From the NCBI RefSeq assembly GCF_009914755.1, contig NC_060945.1: a stretch of 64,000 nucleotides of DNA; one strand, written 5' to 3'. The translations under genes and the position numbers were made by a program. Shown piece by piece: positions 39,050-54,304 of the stretch. The first letter of the stretch is position 1. Every line of letters starts with the position of its first letter. A model generated the notes under the pieces. That model was not told where the DNA came from. It made no database searches and saw nothing but the letters and a program-made list of their open reading frames with translations. The DNA is from the human T2T-CHM13v2.0 reference genome, Homo sapiens.

Positions 39050-39182
39050 TATTGTTCTTAAGCACTTACTCTATGCTAGACCCTCTTCTAAGAGCTAATG
39101 CATATTGATGCATTTACTCTGACAACAGCCCTATGTAAGGGGAAGAGATGATCAGAGAGGTGAAGTACTTGCCCACAGTGAC
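39050..39182 (-). mobile_element. MIR fragment
   Basis: agcacttactctatgctagac...cagagaggtgaagtacttgccca. Confidence 0.7.
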
Positions 39183-39572
39183 TGTCTTAGTCTATTGAAG
39201 GTGCTATAACACTTTGAGGGGGGTGTTTATAACATAAACCTAGAGGGGGTGGTTTATAAACAACAGAAATTAATTTCTCACAGTTCTGAAGACTGAGAAG
39301 CTCAGCATCAAGGCACCAGCAGATGTGGTGTCTGGTGAAAACTTGCTTCCTGCCTCATAGATGGTGCCTTCTGACTGTGTCATCACACGGTAGAAGGGGC
39401 AAATGAACTCCAGTGAGCCTCTTTTATAAGGTCACTAATCCCATTTATGAACACTCTAATGTCATGACCTTATCACCTCCCAAAAGTCCCACCTCCTAAT
39501 ATTCTCACCTTGAGGGTTAAAATTTTAACATGAATTTGGGGTTGGGTGGGTCACAAACATTCAGACTATAGC
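39183..39572 (-). mobile_element. MLT1A-type MaLR solo LTR
   Basis: tgtcttagtc...ttctcacagttctg...cacaaacattcagactatagc. Confidence 0.88.
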
Positions 39573-40451
39573 TGTCAGTCATCAAAAATGTCTAGCCCTG
39601 GATTGAATTCTTAATCACCAACCACTATTGTATTTTATGGAGATGCTTCTCTATAAGATGGCTAGCTAAACCCCATAGTAACATGAAGACAGTGGGTAGC
39701 TACAGGTTACTTCTGCCAATATCACTGAGGCATCTTGTGCTTAGAAAATTTTGTGACTTGTATGGTACATATGTATTACAGTTTTATATCTAGGTTACAG
39801 AAGACGGATTTTACACCTTCTGGCCTTCTTTTTCATCTTTAAGCCTATCGTGTCTGACTCCCATTTTGTTGTGTTTCCACTCCTAGAGTTCCATGTTTTC
39901 CACATGTTGGAAAGACCTTTTCATTGTAAGATTCTCTATCAGAGCTCCTTGGGCAGAGAGGGTGACCTGTCACTTTAGAATGCTCTAAACCAGAGTATTC
40001 AGGGCCTTGGGAAATGAACTTTATTTTCCATAACAGTTATCAAAAAAAGCTTAGTGGTTCAAGCCACTTAAAAGAAATGTGGTCCCTGCCCACATGGTGT
40101 GGAGATAATTGCCTCATCTCTGCCGTGGTGTCTGCTGACCAAAGCTCTCCTTTGTAAATCTCTGCATGAGTCCCGCAGTGCAGCCACAAGCATGGCACAT
40201 GTTTTTTATCCATAAATAAGAGGAATCCCCAGGGCTCTGTATGGCTTGCAATAAACTCAAAATTAACTATGATTTTAGTTCTTAATATTAAAAAGGAAAG
40301 AATGAGTGGAGGTGGGAGTGACAATTCAGTAGGACACAAATGACAAGAGGGAGATTCTTTTATAAACTGGGGTTTCCTACAAACTAAATTTCTTTCTGTT
40401 CAGAAAGTCCAATAAAATATGAACATTATTGGGAATAAAATATCAGCATAA

Positions 40452-40796
<345 letters not shown>

Positions 40797-43229
40797 CTAG
40801 CTTGAGCTATCAAACAGGACTTCAGTTTTCTCTTCAGTGGGAGGGTTGATATAAGCGGAAGCCAGTTTGAACCCTACCTATGCCAATGTCCTTATTGTGG
40901 ACTTTGGAAGAAAATAACTTAAAAGTGACATTACCGTTATGGAGTAGTAAAAAATATTTGAGGGCATGTTAATCATTACTAATATGTATCTCACAAAAAT
41001 GTAGACTTAACTGAAAACTCATCAATGCAATTTTTTTAAAAAAACATAAAATCTTAGGTATTCAAGTTCCATTTTTTCTGTTTTAAACTAATGTTTGAAA
41101 GCATCAACTACTGTTTCTTAATATGTTATATACTCTTATGGAAAATTCAAACCCAGAACTTTAAAATGATGTCCTTGTTTATTGACAACTGACTTCAGGA
41201 AAAAGAGAAGCACATCTCAAATGCAGACAACTTCAAGTTCTTCCATTTCTTCTTTACACATCTGAATTTTACTTTTCTTTTTATATATGAAAGCAACCCA
41301 AGATCTTTTCCAAGAATTTGTAGTCAGCAGGGATGAAGAGACTTCTGACACTCATGACTTGTGAGACCTCATGACGGTCAAATAAGGAAGACCTTGCTGT
41401 ATTTTTTAAGGATGGAAACGGCCAAGAGGGAGAAGGGGAGCTTTGTACTGATAGTCAAAAACTTTGTTACAAATGAGAAGACTGACACGATGTTTGCCAT
41501 AGGAGTCATAGTATTTGTTGGGGTGGCGGGGGGGGTGGAAAAAAGTAAAATATTATTAGTCTGCTGAGATTTTAACTGTTTCTCTGACTGGCATTCTGTA
41601 TGATATGTAATCATGTCTATAATGAGGACTCCTTTCTTTATCTACATGAGCAATTCTCCTTCCCAGGTACTGATAATTTCAAAATGAAAGCCATGTACAT
41701 ACTCTGTTACATTAAAGGAGGAAGAAAACACAGAATGCAATAATATTCTGCCCTCAGATGCCCTCATGATCTCTCCATCCCTTCCTCTCCTTCATACAGT
41801 AACACGGAGGGAGTCAAAATGGTCTGGAAGATCTCTAACACATAGTGAGTGACTGTAAGTTATTTACACTAATTAGGCAAAAAAAAAAAAAAGTAGTCTG
41901 TATCAATGGCCATCGAATTAAACTTTGTGCATTCTCAAATTCCATTTCATGGTTTACATTGCTTAGGTAAATGTGGCCAACATTGGTGTTTTTGATTTTT
42001 CTTTTCAAATATGAGATGTAATTTCTATATGCATGCTCAGGCTATGTACTGTGTTTGCCTTTCTCAAAAAAAAAAAAAAAGAAAAAGAAAAAGCAGGCTT
42101 TCTTCTACCAATACCAAATCTACCTATTAAGACTGAAATACAGAAAGCAGGCTCATGGCTGGTAGAGATACTTTTTAACATTCCAAGTGAAGGACCATAA
42201 ATTAAAACCCACTTTTTCTGTTGGGCTACAGTAGCCCAAGACTTCATGTATTTTCCCTATTACATAATATAAATGAGAGAATATGTGTTGCATTTTAAAC
42301 TAGTATAGCTGTTTATTGAAGAGGTGGTCAGGAAGGGGTTTCTCACAGTTTCTCGTCAAGAAAAAGAATGTCATTGTTAGCTTTGCCAGAATTTGCTTCT
42401 ATTAGTAAGAGTTGCCTTGGGTGGCAGAGGCGTGGGGGCAGGGATGGTATATTGGGATAACTTGTAAGTTTAGAGACCCTGTTGGATTTTGGTGACTTGA
42501 GAAAAATCGATCGTTGACTTGGATAAAGAACTGATAGAAGACAAGAAGGTAGCTTAAAGATTCTCCAGGAGAGTATGTTTTATTTGACCAACAATTATAA
42601 AAGTTGGACAAAACCCTTCTTCCTTTCCCCTTATCAGAGCAGTGGTGAGAACAACTTCATCAGGGAAGACAGAATGAATTAGCTTGTCCCAGCCTCCCAC
42701 TTCTTTATCCCTAGAGGAGAGATTCCAGCTTCTTTGACTCTAGGCATCTTGCAGTTCTCTGCCCATAATCCCTTAAGGATGGGGCTTTCCTTAGCCTTTC
42801 TGTTTCTTACTCCATCTGAGATCAATATGTTAATTTAAAAAATACCCCAAAAATTAGGCCTTACGTATCTACTTGGAAAGATGTAAAAATTCAAAGCAAA
42901 GGATGTGTATCACTGATTGGCTTCTTTAATTGATAATACAATATGGTCTTTGAAACTTTCTCATCCCTTTATAAGTTTGACGTCTAAGTGGAGAACTCAC
43001 AATTCTTACCTACTTCTTACAGAAGTACCTTAAAAATTAATAAAAGATTGTGTCTGTTCCAGGTACCTGACTAGAATAAACATAATAGTTCTATTTTTCC
43101 ATGGAGTAAAGAAATTTTGGAACTTACCAAAAATACAAGCAATAGAACTTTCTTTATAATGTATTTTGCTATATATGGGATTTAGGTATAGTATAGTAAT
43201 AATAGTAATAATTAACATGTAGTGCCTCT

Positions 43230-43770
<541 letters not shown>

Positions 43771-44929
43771 ATTGCTACTACCTCTCTCTGTGCTTATATT
43801 ATTGTCAGTACATGCCTTTTGACCCAAAAAGACCGCATAGCCTCCAATTTGAACATCATCATTCTAAAGGATTTCATCTGCATTCTACCTGTTTCAGTAC
43901 ATAATCCACTGTATAAAAGCTAAGTATTGTTGGAGTCACTGTTAATAAGGTCTTATGTAAATATTTATATTTTCTCATATTGACAAATAATAACTTCTCA
44001 ATTATAATAGATCTTGAGAAAGCAATCTCCATTATTATATTTTGGATTTCTACTTATTTACTCATGTTTTGATAAATTTTAAAAGTGGTGACTGCTATTC
44101 ATAGTTCTTCTGGTTTTGAATCATGGCAAATATGTACACTTCTATAGTCAGAAGCTTGAGGACAGATTTAGTTCTCTAAATGACTGAGGTGACACATCCA
44201 CTTTAGTGCAAAATTCAAGACTCATCTCTTCTTCATATTTGTGAGGTTCTTTCTCTAAATCTTAATAATGCATATACATTTCCGTTAGTGTTAATTCTTT
44301 TTTCTTCTCTCATGTAACTAAATTTTAGAGGAGTGTTCATTATCAAAATAACCTATTACAAAAATTCCTAGATTTTTATGAATTGAATCAGTCTTTCTTA
44401 GTGGATTTTTTTCATATAAGATTGATTTTTTATGTATGGATTATTTTATTTGTAATTATCTTGGTACATTGTAATTAATTTTTTGCTGCTGTTACTCTAA
44501 AGTTATTAGTATTTGATGTATCCGGTTGTCTTTTCCATCAGTATGATTAGACATAATAAGTATTCTGGCAGTTTGAATAATGACACCTTTATTGATCTTT
44601 GTGTATTTTAAAATTTTGCCTTCTTTAAAAGATGAAACTATTCTAGTTCACTTTTAATTAAATCCACATGTATGCTTAAAAATGCAAATTTTATAAAAAT
44701 GTACATATTATCACAGGAAGACTAAAAGACAAATGTACTTAGAAAAGAAAAAATATCAATTCAAATTTAGAAGGACCTGGGTTCACATTAAAAATTAGAA
44801 TGGAAAGGAAAGCAAAAACATAAGATTACCACGATTACTGACTTTACACCTCATTCAGGGGTTTCATATCCTTAAAAGAATTCACTTAAAAAATTGAACC
44901 AAAACCATCTGAAACTCCTCTCAGATCAA

Positions 44930-46520
44930 AAGCCCAGAAAATCAGACTTCAGTCCCTCAGTGGCAGCATTAAGAACTTAATCCAGTGAAAACTGTGGCAG
45001 ATTAGTGAAATTAATGTAATTAAAATTGTAGTCAAGCACCATTTCTACTCATACCTGAGAGAAATCTAAATGAGAATTCCCTGACCTTTCCCAATATACC
45101 AAGAGAAAGGCTTGAATTTTTTGGGAAGACAATACAAACGGGTAAAAATCTGGAATACAAGAAAACTTGGAAAAGTGGACAGGCTGAAAAATATCACCCA
45201 TAATCAAGAGTTAAGAGAGTTAATAGAAGGAAATACACATATAACTTGTGTATTAAGACCATCAGACAAATAATTTAAAATATTCATCACAAACATGCTA
45301 AGTTATTAATGGGAAAACATGCATATAACAAGAGAAGAGATGAATCTTTAGAAAAAAATAAAGCTCTAAAATTAGCCAAGCAAAAATTTGGAAATTTAAA
45401 AATATAGTAAATGAAATAAAAATATTCATTAAACATCTTAACAGAAACTTGAACATTGTTAAACAAAGGGTTGTACATTTGAAGGTGGATCAACAGAAAT
45501 GCTATGAACAAAAGCACAGAGAAACAACAACGGAAAACTAAAAAAATGATCAGTGTATCAGTGACCTGTGGTACCATATCAAATGAGTAAACATATGTAT
45601 AATTGGAGTCATAGAAAAAGAGATGAAAGGGCAGGAAAATATAAAGAAATTACAGTCAACATTTTTCTAAACTTGGTGAAAAATAATCAACCCATATGTG
45701 TAAGAAAGACATCAACCAGCAATCTGGATAACTACAAAGAAAAGTATAATGGGCAATATTGTAGTCCGACCTCTGAAGTTAAACAAAAAGAGGCTATCTA
45801 TCATAAAAACAGCCTGAAAGGAGGAAAAAAGAAAATAAAAGTAAAGCAATTACAAGAGATATCATGAACATCTCACCAGAAATTATGGAAACTGAAAGAT
45901 GATGGAATACAATATTTGTCAATAAAAAGAAAGAAAAAAGATTTTATCACAGAATTTCATCCTGTGTCCAGAGAAAGAGCTTCTCAAAATAACAGCATAC
46001 CTGCATTACAGAAAGCACTAAATGAAGTTCTTCAAGGTAAGTGAGAAGTATACCTCAACTCTAATCTATAGGGAAAAATTAAGTTCACTGGAAATGTTCA
46101 TTATGTGGGTAAGCAACTACTCCTTTTCTTAATTTATTTGAAAGACAGCTGACACTTAACATAACATAGTGTGGAGTCACTACATAGTAAAATATGTTAA
46201 AATTGAGTAATGGGAGAAAGAAATTACACTGTTGAAGTCCGAAGTGTTGAATTACACTGTGGAGTGGTACTATAATAATTTAAGGTCAAATAGGAGAAGG
46301 TAATGATGTGTATTTAAATCCCTAGAGCAATATTTTTAAAAATTGTAAATAAAAGCCTAGGGAATGAGGAACCAATAGAGTAAATAGAAAACAAATAGCA
46401 ATCTGGCAAACTTAAACCAATGATATCAATAATTATGTTAGATGCAAAGGGCTGAGACACTCGAATTAAAAGGCGGGGACCATTGAACTGGATAAAAAAG
46501 CAAGGCCCAAGTTTGGGTTG
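44930..46520 (+). mobile_element. Old L1M ORF1 to early ORF2 fragment
   Basis: tcagtgacctgtgg...aattggagtc; acctgcattacagaaagcactaaatgaagttcttc; ctggataaaaaagcaaggccca. Confidence 0.75.
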
Positions 46521-49099
46521 TAGTCTGTGCTCTGGAATAAATAGTTCTGTGAGATTTCTTGACTCTGTTTCTTTATCTGTCATAAGGAGAAAAGCAAACC
46601 TGTCTCACTGCAAATAGGAGTATGGTTGGTACATAGCAGGTGTTCAATGAACTTGTTGAATTAATGAATGTTGAATGAACATAGGCATGCTGTTACTATT
46701 AAATATAAAATTAAATGCAAACATATATATATAACTCATTCAAAAATTAAGGTCAAATTATTGGTGAACTTTCTTTATTTTTTATTTTTTGCTTGCAATC
46801 AATGGACAACTTTTATTAACAAGAGATGTAGCCAGGGGGACTTTTAATACTGTCAGATAGAAAATAACCAAAAGAGAAAAGGGCTTTTCTGCAATGGCAG
46901 CAAGTTCTGATGCTAGACTTGGTGGAGAAGAGATTATTTTCCTAGCAAGAGCCAAGGAGGACAATAAACTCTCCTGCTGTGGCATTCATAGGCAAAGGCA
47001 TATGTGGAGTTGGCCTCAATTCAGGGAAAGCAGTACTTCTAACAGTGCACATATTTGTGATGCAGGAGGAAATCTCAGTGTCCCCAGCAGAAGAAAAGTT
47101 AGCACAATGGACTTGACCTACAACTTTTAGTATTTATCATTGCAGATAACTGTCCTTATGCAGACATCATCACTTGCTGCTTGGAGAGGCAAACTGCATA
47201 GCAAGAAGACAAAGAGCTAATCTGAAATACTGAAAAATTCTGAATGGGATCTTTGCAGAGTAAGATACTTTTTTAGGAAGAACATTGTGCCTATAATTAT
47301 TAGCTTAGGAAAATGTAAAAGAAATAGTTTTCAATTTTTCAATTACTGAATTATTGGCAGCTGATGACAATAATGTTGGCTAGCTTTCTGTTTGAAAACT
47401 TGGCCTCCACAGACTCTAAACTATGACGAATTATCTTTATAAACTGCTTTTATGAAATCTGGTTTCTGAAGTTGGATCAGTGAGCATAAAATGGATTTTT
47501 GGTATTTCACGTATTTTTACATTCTTTGTAGTCTTAGTGCTATTTATTTAAAAGATGACTTACGGAAGATGTTTAGGTATCATTTTGGAGGATTTTTCTG
47601 CTTATAAATTTTATATATGGAAAAGGTGATATTATGCTTCTAATTCATCTTCATGAAATGTAAAAAAAATTCCATAGGACTCCTAAGTTTAAAGATTTAA
47701 ATAGCATAAAATAATTTTTAAAATAAAGAGTTCTTAAAGTTTATATTATTTAACCTTGCTATACTAGTATAGCAAGTTTATAAAATGAGAATATGATTAA
47801 GCCTAGTCTTTATTTATCTATCTTGTATTATTATTTAAATTTTATATATTTATTAGCTCAAAAATAATGTTTTCTTTCTTTAAATTTTTTAAATAAAAAA
47901 TTATAAATATATTATTCTTAAGATTATTTACTAATTCATTTTTAAGTTGTGTAATAACTATCATTTTTCCCCATATTTAATGATTTGAATGTACTTTATT
48001 CAATGTAGTTTATTCAAACATCAGTGTTCACCATAATTATCAATTTTCTTTTACAATAATAAAAGATCATTATACTTTAATACTGGGAGACTCAATGCAA
48101 AAAAACAAATAACAGGAGTTTTCAAACTGTAGGTTATAACTAAAATGTTTATTAAATTTGCATGGAAATAGATATTACTAGTAAATCTAAATAAAATGAT
48201 GCTTTTTTTCTGATAAAGATTTGGTGATCAGGCATACTGTGATATATTATTATTCACGGAAAAAATCAGTTCAGACAGACCAGAAATGTCATTAAAATAC
48301 CTATCAAGCTCTTGAACTTTCCAAACATTGAGATTAAAATTGAAGCTGAAGAGGAAATTTTGGGTAAATCTGTGGTCAGAGTAAAACTTCTGGCATCTCC
48401 AGTGTAAAATATATTGGTAAAATAAAACACTAGGGAAGAATGTACTTTCACTGAGCTGTGGTCAGAAACTTTTGATTTAACCTAGTAACTAAAACATGTG
48501 TTCTGATATAAGAGTCTTGTAAAATTAGTACCTCTTGCCACTGCCAAACTAAGCAGGCATCTAGGCAAATAAGTATGCCAAGCTGTCCAGTGAAATGGCG
48601 GCTTCTTGTTCAACAGGTCTATTCATACGTCTAGTGTGAGGGACTGGAGTGATGTCCAGTGAAAGAGAAAGGGAATTCCTGTACAACAGGCTGTAACAGA
48701 AGGCTGGAGAGAGTATAGCTGAGGTAGGATGGTGATGGTGTATTGCTGATCCTGCTGGAAGGAAGCAAACTGTTCCATTGGTCTCTTACAAACAGAAAAA
48801 TCATTCATTAAATCAATACGTCCCTATCAGGTGCCAGAGGAAATGTTCATTCGCTCCATCAGCAAAACCAGATCTGGAAGAAAAATTGCATCGAAATCAC
48901 CACCTGATTGCATTTAGAATAACATATCATATTCTACAAGAATAATCCATCAGTCTTCTGCCTAAGCCAAACAGGCAGTTGAATAGGGATGGCATAGGAA
49001 TCATCACCTCTGAATCTTTCAAGTTCTTGATAGTGGCCTGAATCTTGAAAATTTCCCCGGTAATGCAGGATTGCTTTCAATTTACTATGCTTTACGTAG

Positions 49100-49273
<174 letters not shown>

Positions 49274-49815
49274 CACTTGGCCTTTCTAATCTTAATAGCT
49301 CTCACTCTATAAGTCAAGAAATCAGTGTGGCCATTCTACCAGTTGCTGAGTATGTCTATTTGAACTATGCATTCCAGAACTGGAATGTAACTATTGGTTG
49401 AGTTGGGGACCCATTTGGCACACTGAGAAATATAACTAAGCCAAAACTCCATTAATCAGCTCACTTCCATACATTCCCTTTCTGATTGGCAGATTACCAT
49501 GAGATTTTAGGTCTCTAAGAATTAGTGGTTCAGAGCCAATGGCCAATATCACCAAAACTCTAGTTATTTTGTCCCCCTCCCCACCCACCATGCACAGTCA
49601 CTCTGCTGAATGTGTGCAGGTAACACTGGGGAACACGAGAGGCAAGATCTGTAGCATAGGATTGATTTTGTTGATACCATAGGATCCTTCCTTAGGACAA
49701 CCCAGTTTCCTCTTTGTTTAAGGGACTCTGGAACTGTGAACTGACTCAAGACTTGGAATAAATCACAACTCTATTGTGGTGATTTGTATCAGTCCTCTTT
49801 CCCTCAGATCTATAG

Positions 49816-50087
49816 TTTTTGTTTTGTTTCTGAGACAGAGTCTTTGTCACCCAGTCTAGAGTGCAGTGGTGCGATCTCAGCTCACTGCAACCTCTGTCTC
49901 CTGGGTTCAAGAGATTCTCATGCCTCAGCCTCCTGAGTGTCTGGGATTACAAGCATGTGCCACCATGCCCAGCTAATTTTTTCCAGTTTTAGTAGAGACA
50001 TGGTTTCACTGTGTTGGCCAGGCTGAGTGCCAACTCCTTGGCCTCCCAAAGTGCTGGAATTATAGGCATGAGCCACCAGGCCGGGCC
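49816..50087 (-). mobile_element. Alu with small left-arm deletion
   Basis: Reverse Alu; TSD aga(t/a)ctatagttttt. Confidence 0.95.
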
Positions 50088-50673
50088 AGAACTATAGTTT
50101 TTAATGTGTTCAGATTAAGCAAAATGTTAAATAATCTGACTACAATTTCTTCTTGGGGACACAATGATAACTAAGATTAACATTTTTTATAAGTCACATC
50201 ACTGTGATTCCAGAACTGGGATATAATTATGGGTTGAGTTGGGGACCCATTTGGCATACTAAGAAATATAACCAAGCCAAAACTCCATTAATCAGCTCAC
50301 TTTCATATATTTTCTTTTATTTATATTCTGATTACTGACTTTGGTTTGTTTCTCAACCCATTAACCATGTCCATCTTGGCCTTGGCAATTGAGTAGGAAT
50401 ACTTGGCCTCTGCTATTCCAAGATCTGTTATCTCCATTGAATTTAGAAAGCTTAGTTTGATAGAAGCAATTTATCCTCTTATTCCTGGCTTATAAAGAAT
50501 AGTTATCACGCAGCTTTTCAAGGAGGCTGGTGCTCCCTTCCCAGTGTATTTCCTAAGGTTGTGGTGAAGATAGTGTCCTCTGAAATATCCTCCAGAACAA
50601 GATTAGGGTATGGGTGAGCAGTTCTCACAATAAGCCCACTCCAGTATTCTCATCTCTTGGAGCCTTTGGATAA

Positions 50674-51505
50674 CATGTGACCCAGCAATTCCAAATATAT
50701 ATATGATACATTCTAGATATATATATATTCTTTCTTTATATAGGATATATATACACACACACACACATACACATAAGGTATTATGTATAGGGCATATATG
50801 TATGTGTGTATGTGTGTGTGTGTATATATATATATATACTTAGAAGTGGAATTAGATTAGAATTAGATTCCATTTCTAGGCATATACATTTTCAAGAGAA
50901 ATAGAAATATAGATCCATACAAAACTTGTATGCAAATATTTATAACATTATTATAAATCTCTTAGATTTCCAAGAGAAATGGAAATATAGGTCAATATAA
51001 GTACTTGTACACACAAATATTTATAACAACATTATTCATGATAGCCAATATGTTGAAACAATTGAAATGGCTGTTAACTGAGCAAAAATGGGTACACAAA
51101 ATGAGATATATCTGTAAGTGCAATACCATTCAGCAACAAAAAGAAACAAAGGACTGATACATGCTGCAACATGAAACAGTCGTGAAAACGTTATGCTGAG
51201 TGAAAGAATTCAGTCGAAAAGAATCACATACTCATTATCGAATTTATATCAAATGTCCATAATTGAAAACCTATAAAGACCGGAAATAGAATAGTAGCAG
51301 TTGTCCAATGCTGGGGCTGGAGGCAGGATGGTAGGGAGGGAGGGATCAGAGGAGTGATAGCTAAGAGATGGGGTCATGGAAATATTTTAAAATTGATTGT
51401 GGTGATGATGGCAGAATCCTGTGAATATATTAAAAGCCACTGAAATACACTTTAAATGGGTGAATTGTATAGTATGTGAATTATAACTTAATAAAGCTGT
51501 TACAT
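50674..51505 (+). mobile_element. L1MB/MC 3' end inserted in ERVL, with TA/CA/TG microsatellite expansion
   Basis: catgtgacccagcaattcca...acactttaaatgggtgaattgtatagtatgtgaattata...aataaagctgtt. Confidence 0.85.
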
Positions 51506-52204
51506 TTAAAAGGCGGTGAGGGTGGGTATTAAGGAAGTTTCCTGGCAAGGCATTACAGGTTTCTCAGACAAGGAGAGGCTAATCTCATCAGAAAGGGAAG
51601 AAAAAATTGCTTTCACTGGCAAAGGAGACTTGATCAGATTGGGAGTTAAGGTCTCTAAACTCATAAGAAACTGCCTATATGACCCTATTCCCGTATTTTT
51701 AATGGTCTCACTTCTTTCCAAATTTAATAGATAAGATTCCATAAGGTTAGTGTTGAGAATTCTTGACTTTGTAGCACCAGGAAATGGGGATTTCTCTCAG
51801 GGTAGCCATAGAGAGAAAGCCATAGAGAGAGCCAAGGTTTATAATTGGACCTTGATATAGACAGTTAAAGTCCTGAGCTAATCAACTTCTTTTCATTAGG
51901 TCTCTAGCATATTTGAAAGCTGCCAAGAAAACCCACAGTCTTTATATCCTTCAGTTTTTCTAAAATATTTTATATCCGCAGCCACTTGATCACCCAGCAT
52001 CTTGTCCTCCAAGAACACTTGCTCCTGACCTTAGATGCCTACAGGTGATAATTTAGGTATTGTTTGCCACTGCATGCTACAGACTGCCAGTGTCTTATTC
52101 ACCATGGCAATAAGGAAATTTATATCTAGTCAGATGAGAGAATCAATACCAGATTCCCATCTTTAAGGTTCTATTTTCCTGAAACCACTTCTGGTACAAG
52201 TCAC

Positions 52205-52640
52205 TGTGTCAGTTAGAATTCAGTAAGGGAAGCAGAGCCATATGAGTATTATGAGATATGGATCTATTATGTGAGGTGGACTTTCCACAGTTGTGAACAA
52301 AGCAGTTAAGTGAAAGTCCAGAAAGGAAAGTTGGAGAATCACACAAAAGCCACTAGCCATTCCTCCTGAAATGCTGAACCGGGGATGAGTTGGAGGAGAT
52401 GCTGAAATGCATTTTAAGAGTGTAGGGCACCCACGGTGTAACTGCAGAAAGGGAGCTCATGGATGGGTCTGTGGAAAGCTATTGCCTCTATATGACTGTT
52501 GCCTCTGGGTCTGTAGCCAAAAATTTTATGGTGATCTCAGAATTGGTGTTACTCAGCTGAGACAGCAGCCAAGATCAATATCTGGAAAACAGCACAGAAG
52601 AGAGAAGCAGAAATTGGAAAGTGTTGTTCAAGATTATCCA
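52205..52640 (-). mobile_element. ERVL-class 5' LTR (old subfamily, far boundary uncertain)
   Basis: tgtgtcagttagaattcag LTR end abuts the ERVL leader. Confidence 0.55.
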
Positions 52641-53315
52641 AGTTGACTTTAGTACAATCCAGCACATTGTCATTCTGAGTCATTGGCCATAGTGGTCTCC
52701 GAAGGACTGAAGTAGGCAGGTGAATGAAAAGAGGGGAAACAGGAAAAAAAAAAAAAGAACTCCTGGTTTTACTTTCACCAGTCAGTCACAGTAGGCCAGT
52801 TTTAAACCATACACTACTACAGTTATTGGTTATTATCAAGGATTAAAAACTTGATACTATTTTTGGTTGTCTCACATCTGTCCTAGATGAGACCTAGAAT
52901 ATAATAGGTTCTTAACATACATCTATTGGTTGGGTGAATGAATTCATGAGTGAATGAATGAGGATTTGGGTTTCAAAGTCTTCTCACTGCTTTCTAACTT
53001 TATCTTCATGTTATTTTTGCACTCATACTGATAATAGCCATTTGCCCTAGGGGTAGAGAACTCAGGAACCCTGTGGCTGATGCACAATAAAAGAAGGAAA
53101 GAATAAAGGCAGGCATTTCATAATTGAGGCGGAGGTTCAGCAGACCATACAGATTAAAAATAGTGCTTCTATCCAAGTGGAAACATCACAAACTTCCTAT
53201 TAAAGAAAACCATGACCTCTCTTGACCCACTGTGGGAAGGTGGTCGGCAAGGATCATGGTCATACCTTGAAGAAGTGATTGATCTGTCAATTAGTGACTT
53301 CCACATTTTCCCATG

Positions 53316-53680
53316 TGCTATGGCCTGAATGTCTGAGTTCCCTCAAAATTCATGTGTTAAAATCCTAACCCCCAAAGTGATGATATTAAGAGGTGGGGTC
53401 TTTGAGAGGGGATTAGTTCCAGAGGCCAGAGTCCTCTTGAATGGAATTAGTGTGCTTGTAAAAGAGATCCCAGAAAGGTCCCTTGCCTCTTCTGCCATGT
53501 GAGATTGTAATGAGAAGACAGCTGTCTATCCAGAGAGGGGACCCTCACCAGACACCAAATCTGTTGGCACCTGGATCTTGCACTTTCCAGCTTCCACAAC
53601 TATAAGAAATAAGTGTCTGTTTTTTATAAGTCCTCCATCTGTGGGTTTTTTTGTTAAAGTACCTTGAATGAACTAAGACA
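53316..53680 (+). mobile_element. MLT1A-type MaLR solo LTR
   Basis: tgctatggcctgaatgt...gaactaagaca; perfect TSD ccatg. Confidence 0.92.
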
Positions 53681-54164
53681 CCATGTAAAACACCCTTGAG
53701 AAAAACCTTCAGTACTGAAAACTGTTTCCCTGTAGTTTGGAACTAAAATGGATAATAATCTGAAATGCCCAAACATAGACTAAGGCTCCCAAAGTTCTCA
53801 GAATTGAGATAAGATCCAAGTTTTTGTAAAGCCTAAAAATTTATGGTATGAGAAGATCTCTTTAAGAAAAGTAATACAAAATTATGAATAGAATTAAGTG
53901 CTTTCTTAGAATAATAAATTATGACAAATTACAAATATAAAAAGCTACTAACTACCAAAAATATAGCAAATTTCCTCCCCAATAAGCAGAATATGATTTA
54001 TTAATTAATTTCCCAACTCACATGCTTAATACTTTCTCTCTACATAATCTGGCTACTATATTTTTTGATTCTCTTTGTATATGACAATGATCTTGCCATA
54101 TCATTTTCTATGGAAAGAATAGAAAGACAATTTTGCTTCACATAGCACAACTGATTGAAATTTG

Positions 54165-54304
54165 TTTTATTTTTATTTTCATTTTTTTGGTAGAGATGGG
54201 ATCTCTGTGTTGGCCAGGCTGGTCTTGAATTCCTGGCCTGAAGCTATCCTCCCGCCTAGGCCTCCCAAAGTGCTGGGATTACAAATGTAGCCACCATGCC
54301 CAGC
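54165..54304 (-). mobile_element. FLAM / Alu left monomer
   Basis: Reverse monomer ending gccaccatgcccagc with T-rich tail. Confidence 0.88.
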
